From contig DRNA01000005.1 in NCBI GenBank assembly GCA_011322365.1, positions 1-57,698 of the forward strand: a stretch of 57,698 nucleotides of DNA. The letters are read 5' to 3'. Every line of letters starts with the position of its first letter. The first letter of the stretch is position 1. The notes under the pieces were generated by a model, which was given only the letters and a program-made list of their open reading frames with translations, was not told the DNA's origin and made no database searches. The DNA comes from Aeromonadales bacterium (GTDB taxonomy: Bacteria; Pseudomonadota; Gammaproteobacteria; Enterobacterales; GCA-002770795). The position numbers were made by a program, and so were the translations under genes. This document shows positions 8,086-18,609 of this stretch, in pieces.

Positions 8086-9510
8086 TTAAACCTGCAGATA
8101 ATCTAAAATTTCCCGCGCTGCCTCACGGCCTTCTGCAATAGCCGTGACCACCAGATCAGCCCCCCTGACCATATCTCCCCCGGCAAAAACTCCTGAAATA
8201 TTTGTTTGTTGCGAATACGGTAAATGAGGCTGTGTCGATGGGCGTGTTTGTACTAAGCCATTATCCAGAGTACTAATATTATTTGATTGAAACCAGTCCG
8301 CAGGGCTGGCTTTAAAACCAAAGGCAATAATAACTGCATCGGCCTGCAGAAACACAGTTTTGCCGGGCTCGCCTGTGGTTGATTCTGTTGAGTTGAATTC
8401 CACACCAGACACTTTACCATTTTCGGAGAGGATTGCGGTGGGTTGTAAATTAAATACAAACTCAACACCTTCTTCTCTGGCATTTTGTACTTCCTGCCTT
8501 GAACCCGGCATATCGATTTCAGTACGGCGATAGACACAACGAACAGTTTCAGCCTGTTGTCGTATGGCCGAACGTACACAATCCATAGCGGTATCACCAC
8601 CGCCTAAAACAATGACTCGTTTATGTTGTAAATCGTAGTAGGGATAATTTTTCATAGCATAAGATTGCTGTTGATTTATATTGCCGATTAAATAATCCAA
8701 CGCTTTAATCACACCCTGGTTATCTCGTCCAGCCAATTCTCCTTCTACAGAGTTGTATGTTCCCATACCAAGAAAAACCGCATCATATTTTTCTTCAAGA
8801 TCTTCAAAAGAAACATCTGAACCCACATGTGTATTGAGTTTGAATTCCACGCCAATGTCTTCCAGAAAGTCGCGACGTTTTTGTATGATTTCCTTCTCAA
8901 GTTTAAATCCCGGAATACCAAAGGTGAGTAGCCCCCCAATTTGAGGGTACTGATCAAAAACAACTGCTTTTACACCGTTTCTGCAAAGTAGTTCAGCACA
9001 ACCCAGGCCTGCCGGGCCTGCTCCGATAATCGCCACTCGCTTACCTGTTTCTGGAATTGCTGAAAGATCAGGACGCCAGCCGTTTTCAAGGGACCTGTCT
9101 GCGATTGATTTCTCAATGGCTCCAATGGTCACGGCCCCAAAGCCGGTATTTAATGTACAGGCCTGCTCACATAATCGATCCTGAGGGCAGACCCTGCCAC
9201 AGATTTCAGGTAATGGATTGGTCTGGTGCATCAATGTCGCTGCATCTTCGAATCGATCGTTGGCACTCAGTTCCAGCCAGTTGGGAATATAATTGTGTAA
9301 GGGGCATTTCCATTCACAATAGGGGTTACCACAGTCCAGGCAGCGTCCTGCCTGTTGCTGTAAATTTTCATCGCCCACTTTTTCATAAATTTCAGTGAAC
9401 TTTATTTGCCGATCAGTAAGTATTTTTTTGGCAGCCTGTTGACGATCAATTTTTAGAAAAGTTAAAACATCTTTGGGATCGAATCGAACGGGTTCGCTCT
9501 CAGAACTCAT
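8086..9510 (-). CDS. gltD: Glutamate synthase (NADPH) small subunit
   Basis: 474 aa with Cys clusters CLDCGNPYCEWKC and CPQDRLCEQAC, and dinucleotide folds VAIIGAGPAGL and VIVLGGGDTAMDC. Its start overlaps the gltB stop (ATGA). Confidence 0.95.
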   Translation of the reverse strand: MSSESEPVRFDPKDVLTFLKIDRQQAAKKILTDRQIKFTEIYEKVGDENLQQQAGRCLDCGNPYCEWKCPLHNYIPNWLELSANDRFEDAATLMHQTNPLPEICGRVCPQDRLCEQACTLNTGFGAVTIGAIEKSIADRSLENGWRPDLSAIPETGKRVAIIGAGPAGLGCAELLCRNGVKAVVFDQYPQIGGLLTFGIPGFKLEKEIIQKRRDFLEDIGVEFKLNTHVGSDVSFEDLEEKYDAVFLGMGTYNSVEGELAGRDNQGVIKALDYLIGNINQQQSYAMKNYPYYDLQHKRVIVLGGGDTAMDCVRSAIRQQAETVRCVYRRTEIDMPGSRQEVQNAREEGVEFVFNLQPTAILSENGKVSGVEFNSTESTTGEPGKTVFLQADAVIIAFGFKASPADWFQSNNISTLDNGLVQTRPSTQPHLPYSQQTNISGVFAGGDMVRGADLVVTAIAEGREAAREILDYLQV

Positions 9511-12500
9511 CGGCCACCTCCATCAGAACCATCGAATTTTAAAACTCTATTCGCTGTTTCTGCTGATGAAAGCTGCTGACTATGAATTACATTCGTAATC
9601 AATGATTTGTTTGTCTCTGAACTCTCATCATGACTCCTGGGCAGAACCAGTTTAAAAGTGATGAGATGATTGTCTATATTATCCAGTATTTTCTGTGCCC
9701 ACCGACTTCCGGTTCGATTAACGTGCTCACTAATTAATTCTCGTAATAACTGTTCCTCCGAATCTGATTCTGTTTCAATAAGATTAAAGATATCAACATT
9801 ATCAGGATTTACATTTTTGCTGAGCAATTCAGATGTGTCCAGTACCATGGCCATACCACCGGTCATACCCGCGGCAAAATTTTCACCTACCGGCCCCAGT
9901 ACTACCACCACACCTCCGGTCATATACTCACAGCCATGATCACCAAGCCCCTCAACAACAGCTTTGGCACCGGAATTTCTCACCGCAAAACGCTCACCAG
10001 CCTGACCTGCTGCAAACAGGCTGCCGCCACTGGCACCATATAAGCAGGTATTACCAATAATCGCACCACGGCTCGGGATATATTGAATATTCTCCGGGGG
10101 AAAAATACTGATACAGCCACCCGACATACCCTTACCAACATAATCATTGGCATCACCCTGAAGATTTAACTCGATACCAGCATGATTCCAGACACCAAAA
10201 CTTTGTCCGGCGATACCGTTAAAATTTAATTCAAGGGGAAAACTTTTCTGTCCATTGCGTTTGGCAATAAAACCCGAGAGCAATCCACCTACGGAACGAT
10301 CATAATTTCTAATGCTGTAATACAGTGAGGGCTTATCAGCTGCTTCATCATCATTGCCGGCTAACAGGGCTTGCACATCGCTAAGAATCTTATGATTAAG
10401 TTCAGCCTTATCAAAAGGATTATTTTGGATGCCCATATAATGCGCGGCACCTTTTTGGGGCTTTTTAGCTGCCGACAAAATAGCTGTTAAATCCAGATGT
10501 TGTTGTTTTGCCGTATCACCGGGAAGTACTTCCAGTAAATCGGTTCGGCCAATTAATGCATTGATGCTACTGATACCCAGTTTAGCTAACCACTGCTGTG
10601 TCTCTGCTGCCACAAATTTAAAGTAGTGAATAACTTTTTCAGGCAAGCCACTGTAGTGAGCTTCACGCAATAACTTATTCTGCGTGGCAATACCGGTAGC
10701 ACAATTATTCAAATGACAGATACGTAGGTATTTACAACCCAGAGCCACCATCGGACCGGTGCCAAAACCAAAACTATCGGCACCCAGTATGGCGCCTTTG
10801 ATAACATCAAGCCCGGTTTTAAGACCACCATCAACCTGAAGACAAATACGATCACGTAAATTATTTTCTATTAAGGCCTGGTGCACTTCGGCAAGGCCAA
10901 TTTCCCAGGGTGTGCCAGCATACTTTACCGAAGTTAACGGACTGGCTCCTGTTCCACCATCATGGCCAGACAGGGTAATCATATCGGCATAGGCTTTGGC
11001 TACACCAGCGGCGATGGTTCCAACCCCCGGACCTGAAACCAGCTTGACTGAAATTAAAGCCGTTGGATTGACCTGTTTTAAATCAAATATCAGTTGGGCA
11101 ATATCTTCTATGGAATAAATATCGTGATGAGGTGGTGGCGAAATAAGGGTTACCCCAGGCGTGGCGTGGCGTAATCTGGCTATTTCCAGGGTGACCTTCT
11201 TACCGGGTAATTGTCCACCTTCACCCGGTTTTGCACCCTGGGCAATTTTAATCTGAAGCACTTCTGCATTCGCCAGATAATGTGCATTCACGCCAAATCG
11301 ACCCGAGGCTATCTGTTTAATTTTTGAATTGCGTAAACTATTAAAACGCTGAGGGTCTTCGCCGCCCTCCCCCGAATTTGAACGCCCGCCCAGAGTATTC
11401 ATGGCGATGGCTAAAGCCTCATGTGCTTCAGGACTCAATGCACCAATGGACATACCTGCTGAATCGAATCGACTAAGAATATCCGTTTGCGCTTCTATTT
11501 TGTCCAAAGCCAAGGGCTGCTCTGATAACTTCAGCTGCAATAAATCACGTATTGTTGAAATCGGTCGTTGGTTCACCGCCTTAGCAAAAAGCTGGTAGTC
11601 AGCAGTTTGACCAGAGTTTACTGCAGTTTGTAATAAACTCACTACATCAGGGTTATAACAATGGTATTCCCCGCCATAGACATATTTTAGCTGGCCACTT
11701 CGCAGCAGGTTAAAGCGGGGATTCCAGGCCTGAAAGTTTGCAACCAGATCATCCTGTTGCAGATCGTCAAATGTCGCACCACCAATTCTGGAAATCATAC
11801 CCTGGAAACATCTATCTACAACGGATTGGTGCAGGCCAATGATTTCAAACAAACGTGAACAACGATAACTGGCGATAGTAGCAATTCCCATTTTTGAGAG
11901 GATTTTCAGCAACCCCTTGTTCACAGCCTTAAAATAATTTGTTCGAGCCTGTATCAAATCAAAATCGAGCAGACCCTGAGTATGCTGATGATTAATTATC
12001 TGAATAGCCAGATAAGGGTAAATTGCAGTGGCACCAAGTCCTAACAATACAGCAAAATGGTGCGGATCCCGTGCTGTTGCGGTTTCAACAATGATATTCA
12101 CATCACAACGTAATCCTTCATTGACCAATCGAGAATTAAGTGCACCCATGGCCAAAGCCGCGTGAATAATCAATTGGTCTTTTACAATGTGGCGGTCGGT
12201 TAATTGTAAAATAACTACGCCCTGTTCTACTGCATCAACTGCTTTATCACAAAGTTCATTGATGGCGCTATCCAGCGCTTTATTTTTTTCATAATTCAGG
12301 GACAGTTCTGCAAATTTATAATCATTTTGATCCAGAGTTTTAATCTGTTTTAATTTAGCATAGTTTAAAATGGGACTGGAAATAATAGCCCGTGATGCCA
12401 GCCCATTAGTTTCCTGAAAAACGTTATGTTCCCGACCAAAACAGGTTTCCAGAGACATTACTGATTTTTCACGCAAAGAATCTATAGGGGGATTGGTAAC

Positions 12501-14039
12501 CTGAGCAAACTGCTGGCGGAAATAATCATAAAGGCTACGTCGTTGATGAGAAAGCACTGCCACAGGGGTGTCATCACCCATGGAGCTGGTAGTCTCCTGG
12601 GCATTATTTGCCATTACCAGAATGACCTGTTCTGCTTCTTCAATGGATAGATTAAATAGTTTCTGGTACAGAGGTAACTGTTCGATTCGAGTATCAATAT
12701 AGTTTTGCGCACCTTTCTTTTCGAGTTTAATATCTGAACGCAGGCTGATGGTATTCTCTCGAAGCCACTCAAGATAGGGATGACGATTCTTTAACATGTC
12801 ATCAATTTTATGTGTGCGCCAGATTTCTCCAGTTTCAGTATTCGCCGCCAGCATTTCACCGGGTCCGACCCGATCTTTTTCGATAACATCAGCTTCATCA
12901 TAATCCCAGACACCAATTTCTGAAGCCACGGTCAAGATACGGTCTTTGGTAATAACATAACGAGCTGGACGTAAACCGTTTCTATCCAGTGTGCAGGCAA
13001 CCTTCACACCATTGGTCATTACAATTCCCGCAGGTCCATCCCAGGGTTCCATATGCATGGAGTTAAATTCATAAAATGCACTAAGATCCGGGTCCATATT
13101 TTTGCGTTTTGCCCAGGCGGGAGGCACCAGCAAACGAAGCGCTCTGAAAATATCCATACCTCCGGCCAGCAGCACTTCCAGCATATTATCCAGCGAAGAT
13201 GAATCCGATCCATTTTCATTGACCACATGACTCATATTGGACAAATCCGCTATCAAAGGCGTATATAATTTTTGTTTCCTCGCCTTCGCCCAGACACGAT
13301 TACCTGAGATAGTGTTTATTTCACCGTTATGAGCCAGAAATCGAAAGGGCTGAGCATACTTCCATAGAGGAGCAGTATTAGTAGAAAAACGCTGGTGAAA
13401 TAAACAGATGGCGCTTTTCATTTCAGCATCGAGTAAATCCGGATAAAATTTTGCCAGATTTTCCGGCATAACCAGACCTTTATAAACGATAGTCAGACAG
13501 GAAAGTGAGACAACATAATAGTGTTCATCTTTTATTCTGTCGGCGGCTCTCCGACGTGCCATAAACAGACGTCTTTCCAGATCCTGAGTTTTCCAGCCCG
13601 CCGGTGCCTTAACAAAAACCTGCTCTATGCGGGGTAAAGATTCCAGAGCCACATCACCACAAACACTGGTGTCAACGGGTACTTCTCGCCAACCGGCAAT
13701 AGAAAGGGTTTCTTTCACCAGTTCCTGTTCAAGAATTTCTTTTGCCCGTTGTGCCTTTGATTCATCGGTATTTAAAAATATCTGTCCAACCGCAAAAAGC
13801 GTATCCAGACTAAAGTTCAGCTCCGTGGCAATTCTGTTAAAAAATACCGTATCAATCTGGATAGTTAATCCGCAGCCATCACCGGTTTTACCATCAACGT
13901 TTATGGCACCACGATGGGTCATACGAGACAGCGCTGTGATTGCCGTTTCAATTAGACTGTGTTGTTGCACACCATCAAGCTGAGCGATAAGACCAAAGCC
14001 ACAACTATCTTTTGCCTGTGATGATTGATATAAACCCAT
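9507..14039 (-). CDS. gltB: Glutamate synthase large subunit
   Basis: 1510 aa. N-terminal Ntn amidotransferase Cys (KDSCGFGLIA), an FMN/3Fe-4S central region and a C-terminal GXGXG beta-helix region. Confidence 0.97.
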   Translation of the reverse strand: MGLYQSSQAKDSCGFGLIAQLDGVQQHSLIETAITALSRMTHRGAINVDGKTGDGCGLTIQIDTVFFNRIATELNFSLDTLFAVGQIFLNTDESKAQRAKEILEQELVKETLSIAGWREVPVDTSVCGDVALESLPRIEQVFVKAPAGWKTQDLERRLFMARRRAADRIKDEHYYVVSLSCLTIVYKGLVMPENLAKFYPDLLDAEMKSAICLFHQRFSTNTAPLWKYAQPFRFLAHNGEINTISGNRVWAKARKQKLYTPLIADLSNMSHVVNENGSDSSSLDNMLEVLLAGGMDIFRALRLLVPPAWAKRKNMDPDLSAFYEFNSMHMEPWDGPAGIVMTNGVKVACTLDRNGLRPARYVITKDRILTVASEIGVWDYDEADVIEKDRVGPGEMLAANTETGEIWRTHKIDDMLKNRHPYLEWLRENTISLRSDIKLEKKGAQNYIDTRIEQLPLYQKLFNLSIEEAEQVILVMANNAQETTSSMGDDTPVAVLSHQRRSLYDYFRQQFAQVTNPPIDSLREKSVMSLETCFGREHNVFQETNGLASRAIISSPILNYAKLKQIKTLDQNDYKFAELSLNYEKNKALDSAINELCDKAVDAVEQGVVILQLTDRHIVKDQLIIHAALAMGALNSRLVNEGLRCDVNIIVETATARDPHHFAVLLGLGATAIYPYLAIQIINHQHTQGLLDFDLIQARTNYFKAVNKGLLKILSKMGIATIASYRCSRLFEIIGLHQSVVDRCFQGMISRIGGATFDDLQQDDLVANFQAWNPRFNLLRSGQLKYVYGGEYHCYNPDVVSLLQTAVNSGQTADYQLFAKAVNQRPISTIRDLLQLKLSEQPLALDKIEAQTDILSRFDSAGMSIGALSPEAHEALAIAMNTLGGRSNSGEGGEDPQRFNSLRNSKIKQIASGRFGVNAHYLANAEVLQIKIAQGAKPGEGGQLPGKKVTLEIARLRHATPGVTLISPPPHHDIYSIEDIAQLIFDLKQVNPTALISVKLVSGPGVGTIAAGVAKAYADMITLSGHDGGTGASPLTSVKYAGTPWEIGLAEVHQALIENNLRDRICLQVDGGLKTGLDVIKGAILGADSFGFGTGPMVALGCKYLRICHLNNCATGIATQNKLLREAHYSGLPEKVIHYFKFVAAETQQWLAKLGISSINALIGRTDLLEVLPGDTAKQQHLDLTAILSAAKKPQKGAAHYMGIQNNPFDKAELNHKILSDVQALLAGNDDEAADKPSLYYSIRNYDRSVGGLLSGFIAKRNGQKSFPLELNFNGIAGQSFGVWNHAGIELNLQGDANDYVGKGMSGGCISIFPPENIQYIPSRGAIIGNTCLYGASGGSLFAAGQAGERFAVRNSGAKAVVEGLGDHGCEYMTGGVVVVLGPVGENFAAGMTGGMAMVLDTSELLSKNVNPDNVDIFNLIETESDSEEQLLRELISEHVNRTGSRWAQKILDNIDNHLITFKLVLPRSHDESSETNKSLITNVIHSQQLSSAETANRVLKFDGSDGGGR

Positions 14040-14087
14040 GATTTTGATTAACCTTTCAACCTCTGATTTCAGTTAGCAAACTTATTA

Positions 14088-15221
14088 TTAGCCGACTAAA
14101 GCTAACAGTACGCCAGCAGCTACAGCAGAACCGATGACACCGGCAACATTGGGCCCCATGGCGTGCATCAATAAATAATTATGGGGATTGGCTTCCAATC
14201 CAACTTTATTAACCACTCTGGCGGCCATTGGCACGGCTGAAACACCCGCTGCACCAATTAAAGGATTAATTTTCCCACCGCTGAGTTTCGACATTAGCTT
14301 AGCCATCAATACACCACTGGCTGTACCGATTGAAAAAGCAATTGCCCCAAGTAATAATATGCCGATAGTTTCCCAGTTTAAAAATTTTTCTGCTGAAAGT
14401 TTTGAACCTACACCCAATCCCAGAAATATGGTTGTGATATTAATCAGAGAATTCTGTGTCGTATCAGAAAGCCGGTTAACCACGCCACTTTCTTTCATCA
14501 GATTTCCAAAACAAAGCATGCCGATCAATGGTGCTGCTGAAGGCAGTAATAAAATACATAATGTCATCACCAGTAAAGGGAAAATGATTTTTTCTTTCTG
14601 AGTCACATGCCGTAGCTGTGTCATTTTTATTTTGCGTTCCGCATCGGTTGTTAACAATTTCATAATGGGTGGTTGGATAATCGGCACCAGTGCCATATAG
14701 GAATAGGCAGCAACGGCAATTGCACCCAGTAATTCAGGTGAGAGACGGCTCGCCAGAAAAATGGCTGTGGGACCATCGGCTCCACCAATAATGGCTATTG
14801 CAGAAGCATCCTGTAAACTCCAGTTTATCTCAGGGAAAGCATTCAGGGCAATAGCACCAATTAAGGTAGCAAAAATGCCAAACTGCGCCGCTGCTCCCAG
14901 AATAAGCGTCCACGGATTGGCTATCAATGCACCAAAATCCGTCATAGCACCAACACCCATAAAAATCACTAGTGGGAAAACCCCGGTATCAATCCCAACT
15001 TTATAAATGTAATAAAGGATACCGCCCTGTGCTGAAATGCCAGCAACAGGAATATTACTTAAAATGGCACCGAAACCAATCGGTAACAGCAACAACGGTT
15101 CATATTTTTTAACAATGGCAAGATACAATAAAAGAGAACCCACCAGAATCATGATAAGGTGCGGTATATCAAAATTTGCCAGTCCGGTACTGAGCCAGAG
15201 CTTACTTAAACCTTCAATCAT
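14088..15221 (-). CDS. oadB: Na+-translocating oxaloacetate decarboxylase beta subunit
   Basis: 377-aa polytopic protein matching the OadB/GcdB family (remembered). Gene order oadG-oadA-oadB. Confidence 0.88.
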   Translation of the reverse strand: MIEGLSKLWLSTGLANFDIPHLIMILVGSLLLYLAIVKKYEPLLLLPIGFGAILSNIPVAGISAQGGILYYIYKVGIDTGVFPLVIFMGVGAMTDFGALIANPWTLILGAAAQFGIFATLIGAIALNAFPEINWSLQDASAIAIIGGADGPTAIFLASRLSPELLGAIAVAAYSYMALVPIIQPPIMKLLTTDAERKIKMTQLRHVTQKEKIIFPLLVMTLCILLLPSAAPLIGMLCFGNLMKESGVVNRLSDTTQNSLINITTIFLGLGVGSKLSAEKFLNWETIGILLLGAIAFSIGTASGVLMAKLMSKLSGGKINPLIGAAGVSAVPMAARVVNKVGLEANPHNYLLMHAMGPNVAGVIGSAVAAGVLLALVG

Positions 15222-15260
15222 AAGTATTCACTTTTATGTGTTATTCTCAAATTATTTAAT

Positions 15261-17072
15261 TTAATCCAATGCAATTAATGTTTCATTCAACTTGACCGCA
15301 TCACCTTCGTTGACAAATATCTGAGTCACTATACCATTGTGGGTAGAACTAATTTCGGTTTCCATTTTCATAGCTTCAAGCAATAAAACAGGCTGACCTT
15401 TTTCAACTTTGTCACCAACCGCTATTAACAACTTAAAAACATTTCCCGCAAGTGGTGCCAGAATGGCATTTGAAACGGCTACTGAACCAACAGTTTTCTC
15501 AGTAAATTTAGCAGTATCAGAATTATTAACATGCCCTGGCCGGTTTGTAATATCAACCACTTCACCGGCTGCAGAAACACTCACCTGATAACGCTTTCCG
15601 TTGACCACAACATCATAATTTTCACAATTTGAGCGGTTATCTTTTTGCTGCAAAATTTCCTGTTTTTTCATGGCGGTATCATTTAATTGTGGCCTGGCTT
15701 CAAATTTTGATGAATCGCCACGATTGGCAATAAACTTAATACCAACTTGAGGGAACAACGCATAAATAAGAACGTCTTCAATCAGCCTGTCAGATAAGGT
15801 TAAATTTTCTTTTTCAGCGATTTGTTGTAGTTCCAGAGTCAGAGATTCTATCTCGGGTTGTAACAAATCCGCCGGGCGACAGCTAATCGGTTGCTCTTTA
15901 TCAAGTACCTTTTGTTGTAAAGCGAGATCAACATCTGCGGGTGTTCTACCATATTCGCCTTTCAAAACGCCTGCTGTTTCTTTACTAATGGTTTTATATC
16001 GCTCACCGGTCATCACATTGAGAACCGCCTGAGTACCCACAATTTGTGAGGTTGGTGTCACCAGAGGAATATAGCCCAGATCTTTTCTCACTTTAGGGAT
16101 TTCTTTGAGCACCTCATCAAATTTATCTTCAGCACCCTGTTCTTTTAACTGACTTTCCATATTTGTCAACATACCACCGGGTACCTGTGACACCAGAATT
16201 CTGGAATCAACACCTTTTAAACTACCTTCCCATTGCGCATATTTTTTTCTTACTTCCCTGAAGTAGGCTGAAATATCTTCCAGCGCATTTAGATCCAGTC
16301 CAGTGTCACGTGGTTGATCTTTAAAAATTGATACCAACGTTTCAGTTGCTGAATGACCGTAGGTCATACTCATTGAAGAGATACTGGTATCAACCGTATC
16401 AATACCAGCTTCTACAGCCTTCAATAAAGTTGCCGTACTCAGTCCGGTTGTGGCATGGGCGTGTAAGGCAAGAGGAACATTGACTGTTTCTTTTAAGCGA
16501 GTGACAAGTTCCTCTGCAACGTAGGGCTTTAATAATCCTGCCATATCCTTAATACAGATAGAATTCACACCCATATCTTCAAGCTGCCTGGCTTTATCCA
16601 GCCAAAGTGCAATATCGTGTACCGGGCTCACCGTATAGGAGAGTGTTCCCTGAGCATGTTTACCAGCCTGGATAGTTGCCTTAACAGCCGTTTGCAGATT
16701 TCGCATATCATTCATGGCATCAAATATGCGGAACACGTCCATACCATTTTCAGCCGCTCTTTCTACAAAAGCAGTAACAACATCATCGGCATAATGACGA
16801 TATCCCAGAATATTTTGTGCTCTGAAAAGCATTTGTTGACGAGTATTCGGCATGGCAGCTTTGAGTTGGCGCAAGCGTTCCCAGGGGTCTTCGCCCAGAA
16901 ACCGAATGCAGGAATCAAAGGTAGCACCACCCCAGGTTTCGATAGACCAGTAACCAATTGCATCCAGCTTACTGGCAATGGGCAGCATATCTTCAATACG
17001 TAACCTTGTGGCGAACAGGGACTGGTGCGCATCACGCAAAACCAGTTCTGTTATTGCTAATTTATTGGACAT
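15261..17072 (-). CDS. oadA: Oxaloacetate decarboxylase alpha subunit (carboxyltransferase plus biotin carrier)
   Basis: 603 aa. N-terminal HMGL-like carboxyltransferase (LRDAHQSL) and a C-terminal biotinyl domain with EAMKMETEI. Confidence 0.9.
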   Translation of the reverse strand: MSNKLAITELVLRDAHQSLFATRLRIEDMLPIASKLDAIGYWSIETWGGATFDSCIRFLGEDPWERLRQLKAAMPNTRQQMLFRAQNILGYRHYADDVVTAFVERAAENGMDVFRIFDAMNDMRNLQTAVKATIQAGKHAQGTLSYTVSPVHDIALWLDKARQLEDMGVNSICIKDMAGLLKPYVAEELVTRLKETVNVPLALHAHATTGLSTATLLKAVEAGIDTVDTSISSMSMTYGHSATETLVSIFKDQPRDTGLDLNALEDISAYFREVRKKYAQWEGSLKGVDSRILVSQVPGGMLTNMESQLKEQGAEDKFDEVLKEIPKVRKDLGYIPLVTPTSQIVGTQAVLNVMTGERYKTISKETAGVLKGEYGRTPADVDLALQQKVLDKEQPISCRPADLLQPEIESLTLELQQIAEKENLTLSDRLIEDVLIYALFPQVGIKFIANRGDSSKFEARPQLNDTAMKKQEILQQKDNRSNCENYDVVVNGKRYQVSVSAAGEVVDITNRPGHVNNSDTAKFTEKTVGSVAVSNAILAPLAGNVFKLLIAVGDKVEKGQPVLLLEAMKMETEISSTHNGIVTQIFVNEGDAVKLNETLIALD

Positions 17073-17084
17073 ACCCTTACCTGT

Positions 17085-17327
17085 TTATTTTTGATTTTTT
17101 TGTTGATAGCAATGAATAGCACTACTGATAACAGCCACTAATTCATCATCTTTGTGCTTATTTTGCAATTCATTTTTTGCTAATGGCTGAGTCAAAGAAT
17201 TATTAATGTCTGCGTCACGTCGCTGCAGAAAATTACTCATTACAAATGTGAGAAAAATCAGAAAAAGTAAAAAAACAAAAACCATTCCCATCCCGAAAAC
17301 CATTAATTGCAAACCTGCTAATATCAT
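17085..17327 (-). CDS. oadG: Oxaloacetate decarboxylase gamma subunit
   Basis: 80 aa with a single N-terminal TM helix (LQLMVFGMGMVFVFLLFLIFL). Positioned directly upstream of oadA. Confidence 0.75.
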   Translation of the reverse strand: MILAGLQLMVFGMGMVFVFLLFLIFLTFVMSNFLQRRDADINNSLTQPLAKNELQNKHKDDELVAVISSAIHCYQQKNQK

Positions 17328-17416
17328 TTTAAAGTATCCTTTTATATTAATTAAGTACTGTCAAACTCGAAACTGGAGACATACTAATAAGGTGATAATT
17401 AATTGTTATGATTTTC

Positions 17417-17571
17417 TCATAGGTAGGTACTTAAAGAAAAATAGCCTGTCATCTCGACCGTAGTGGAGAGATCTTGCTCTGCTAATACTGTTGTCAATGA
17501 AAGATTCCTCCATTACAGTCGGAATGACACCCCTTTTACAGTTATATTTTTCCTTAAGTACCTACCTATGA
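17417..17571. repeat. ~155-bp long imperfect palindrome (MITE-like or REP-like hairpin element)
   Basis: Terminal arms TCATAGGTAGGTACTTAAAGAAAAATA / TATTTTTCCTTAAGTACCTACCTATGA. Inner arms also pair (GTCATCTCGACCGTAGTGGAG / CTCCATTACAGTCGGAATGAC and GGAGAGATCTT / AAGATTCCTCC). No ORF. Confidence 0.6.
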
Positions 17572-17731
17572 TGATTTTTTAAAAGCTGGAAATGCAAAGA
17601 TTTTAAAGCTTCATTAAAAAAGTACTTAAGTCAGTGCAAAAAAACAAACAGAAAGTCATTGTAGACGTCTAGACATCTAAAGTCAAATTAATCTCAGTAA
17701 TAATTAGACAGCCGTTCCAACAAAAAAATTA

Positions 17732-18553
17732 TTATTCAGAAAAAAAATTATTTAATAAAAGATTAAATCTATCGCCATGTTCAATTTGTGTCCAATGTCC
17801 ACATTTTCCAAAAAGGTGTAATTGTGAATTTTGTATCAGATGAAAAAGTTTTTCTGAAGTGTCTACCGGTATGACCTTATCTTCTCTTCCGTGGAAGATG
17901 AGGGCTTCATGAGGGATTTTCTGAATATCTTCTTCTGTTGAACACATTGCTTCGATCCAGCGTTGCCGAGGAGCCGGAAACATGCTCGAAAATGATTCCT
18001 GAAAACCGGGTTGAATACTGGCTTTGTAACGTAATTCTGCGAGCTCATCGTTAACCAGACTTCGATCATAGGCGAAGAGATCGAGTAATGTTTTCATATT
18101 TTCAATTGAAGGCGTATATCCCCAGACCTTATCCAGTCCTTCAGTCAGTTCAAAATGCACACCTACGCTACCCATTAAAACCAGTTTATCAATACGTTGT
18201 GGATGTGCGATAGCCAGTGCAAGTGCCAGGGCTCCTCCAAAGGAATTACCCACTATATGAGCTTTTTCTATCTCCAGTGCATTCATTAAATCGATTACAT
18301 GTTGCACCCAGTTCTGCATATTGTAAGTAGCATCTGCTAATCTCTGGGTATAACCAAAGCCCATCATATCCGGCGCAATTACCCTGAAGTTTTTGGCCAG
18401 TTGAGGAATAACCAGGCGCCAATTTGCCCAGGCTGTGACGCCCGGACCAGAACCATGGATAAGAAATACGTTTTCACCATGTCCCTGATCGTGATAATTA
18501 GTCTTAAATTGTCCGGTTTGAATAGTTTGGCCAATTTCTGGATTTTTATTCAT
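17732..18553 (-). CDS. dmpD: 2-hydroxymuconic semialdehyde hydrolase (alpha/beta hydrolase, meta-cleavage product hydrolase)
   Basis: 273 aa with HGSGPGV, the nucleophile elbow GNSFGG and a C-terminal GHW catalytic His region. Resembles XylF/DmpD/TodF. Confidence 0.85.
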   Translation of the reverse strand: MNKNPEIGQTIQTGQFKTNYHDQGHGENVFLIHGSGPGVTAWANWRLVIPQLAKNFRVIAPDMMGFGYTQRLADATYNMQNWVQHVIDLMNALEIEKAHIVGNSFGGALALALAIAHPQRIDKLVLMGSVGVHFELTEGLDKVWGYTPSIENMKTLLDLFAYDRSLVNDELAELRYKASIQPGFQESFSSMFPAPRQRWIEAMCSTEEDIQKIPHEALIFHGREDKVIPVDTSEKLFHLIQNSQLHLFGKCGHWTQIEHGDRFNLLLNNFFSE

Positions 18554-18609
18554 GTATTACTCTCAAATTTGCCTCAAATAATTAATATAGATTTTTCATT
18601 GATATAAAA

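Noticed and set aside
17662-17679. Imperfect 18-bp palindrome TAGACGTCTAGACATCTA downstream of dmpD
   Set aside because: It has no loop, so it is not a terminator. It is an isolated occurrence, and I cannot link it to any regulator.
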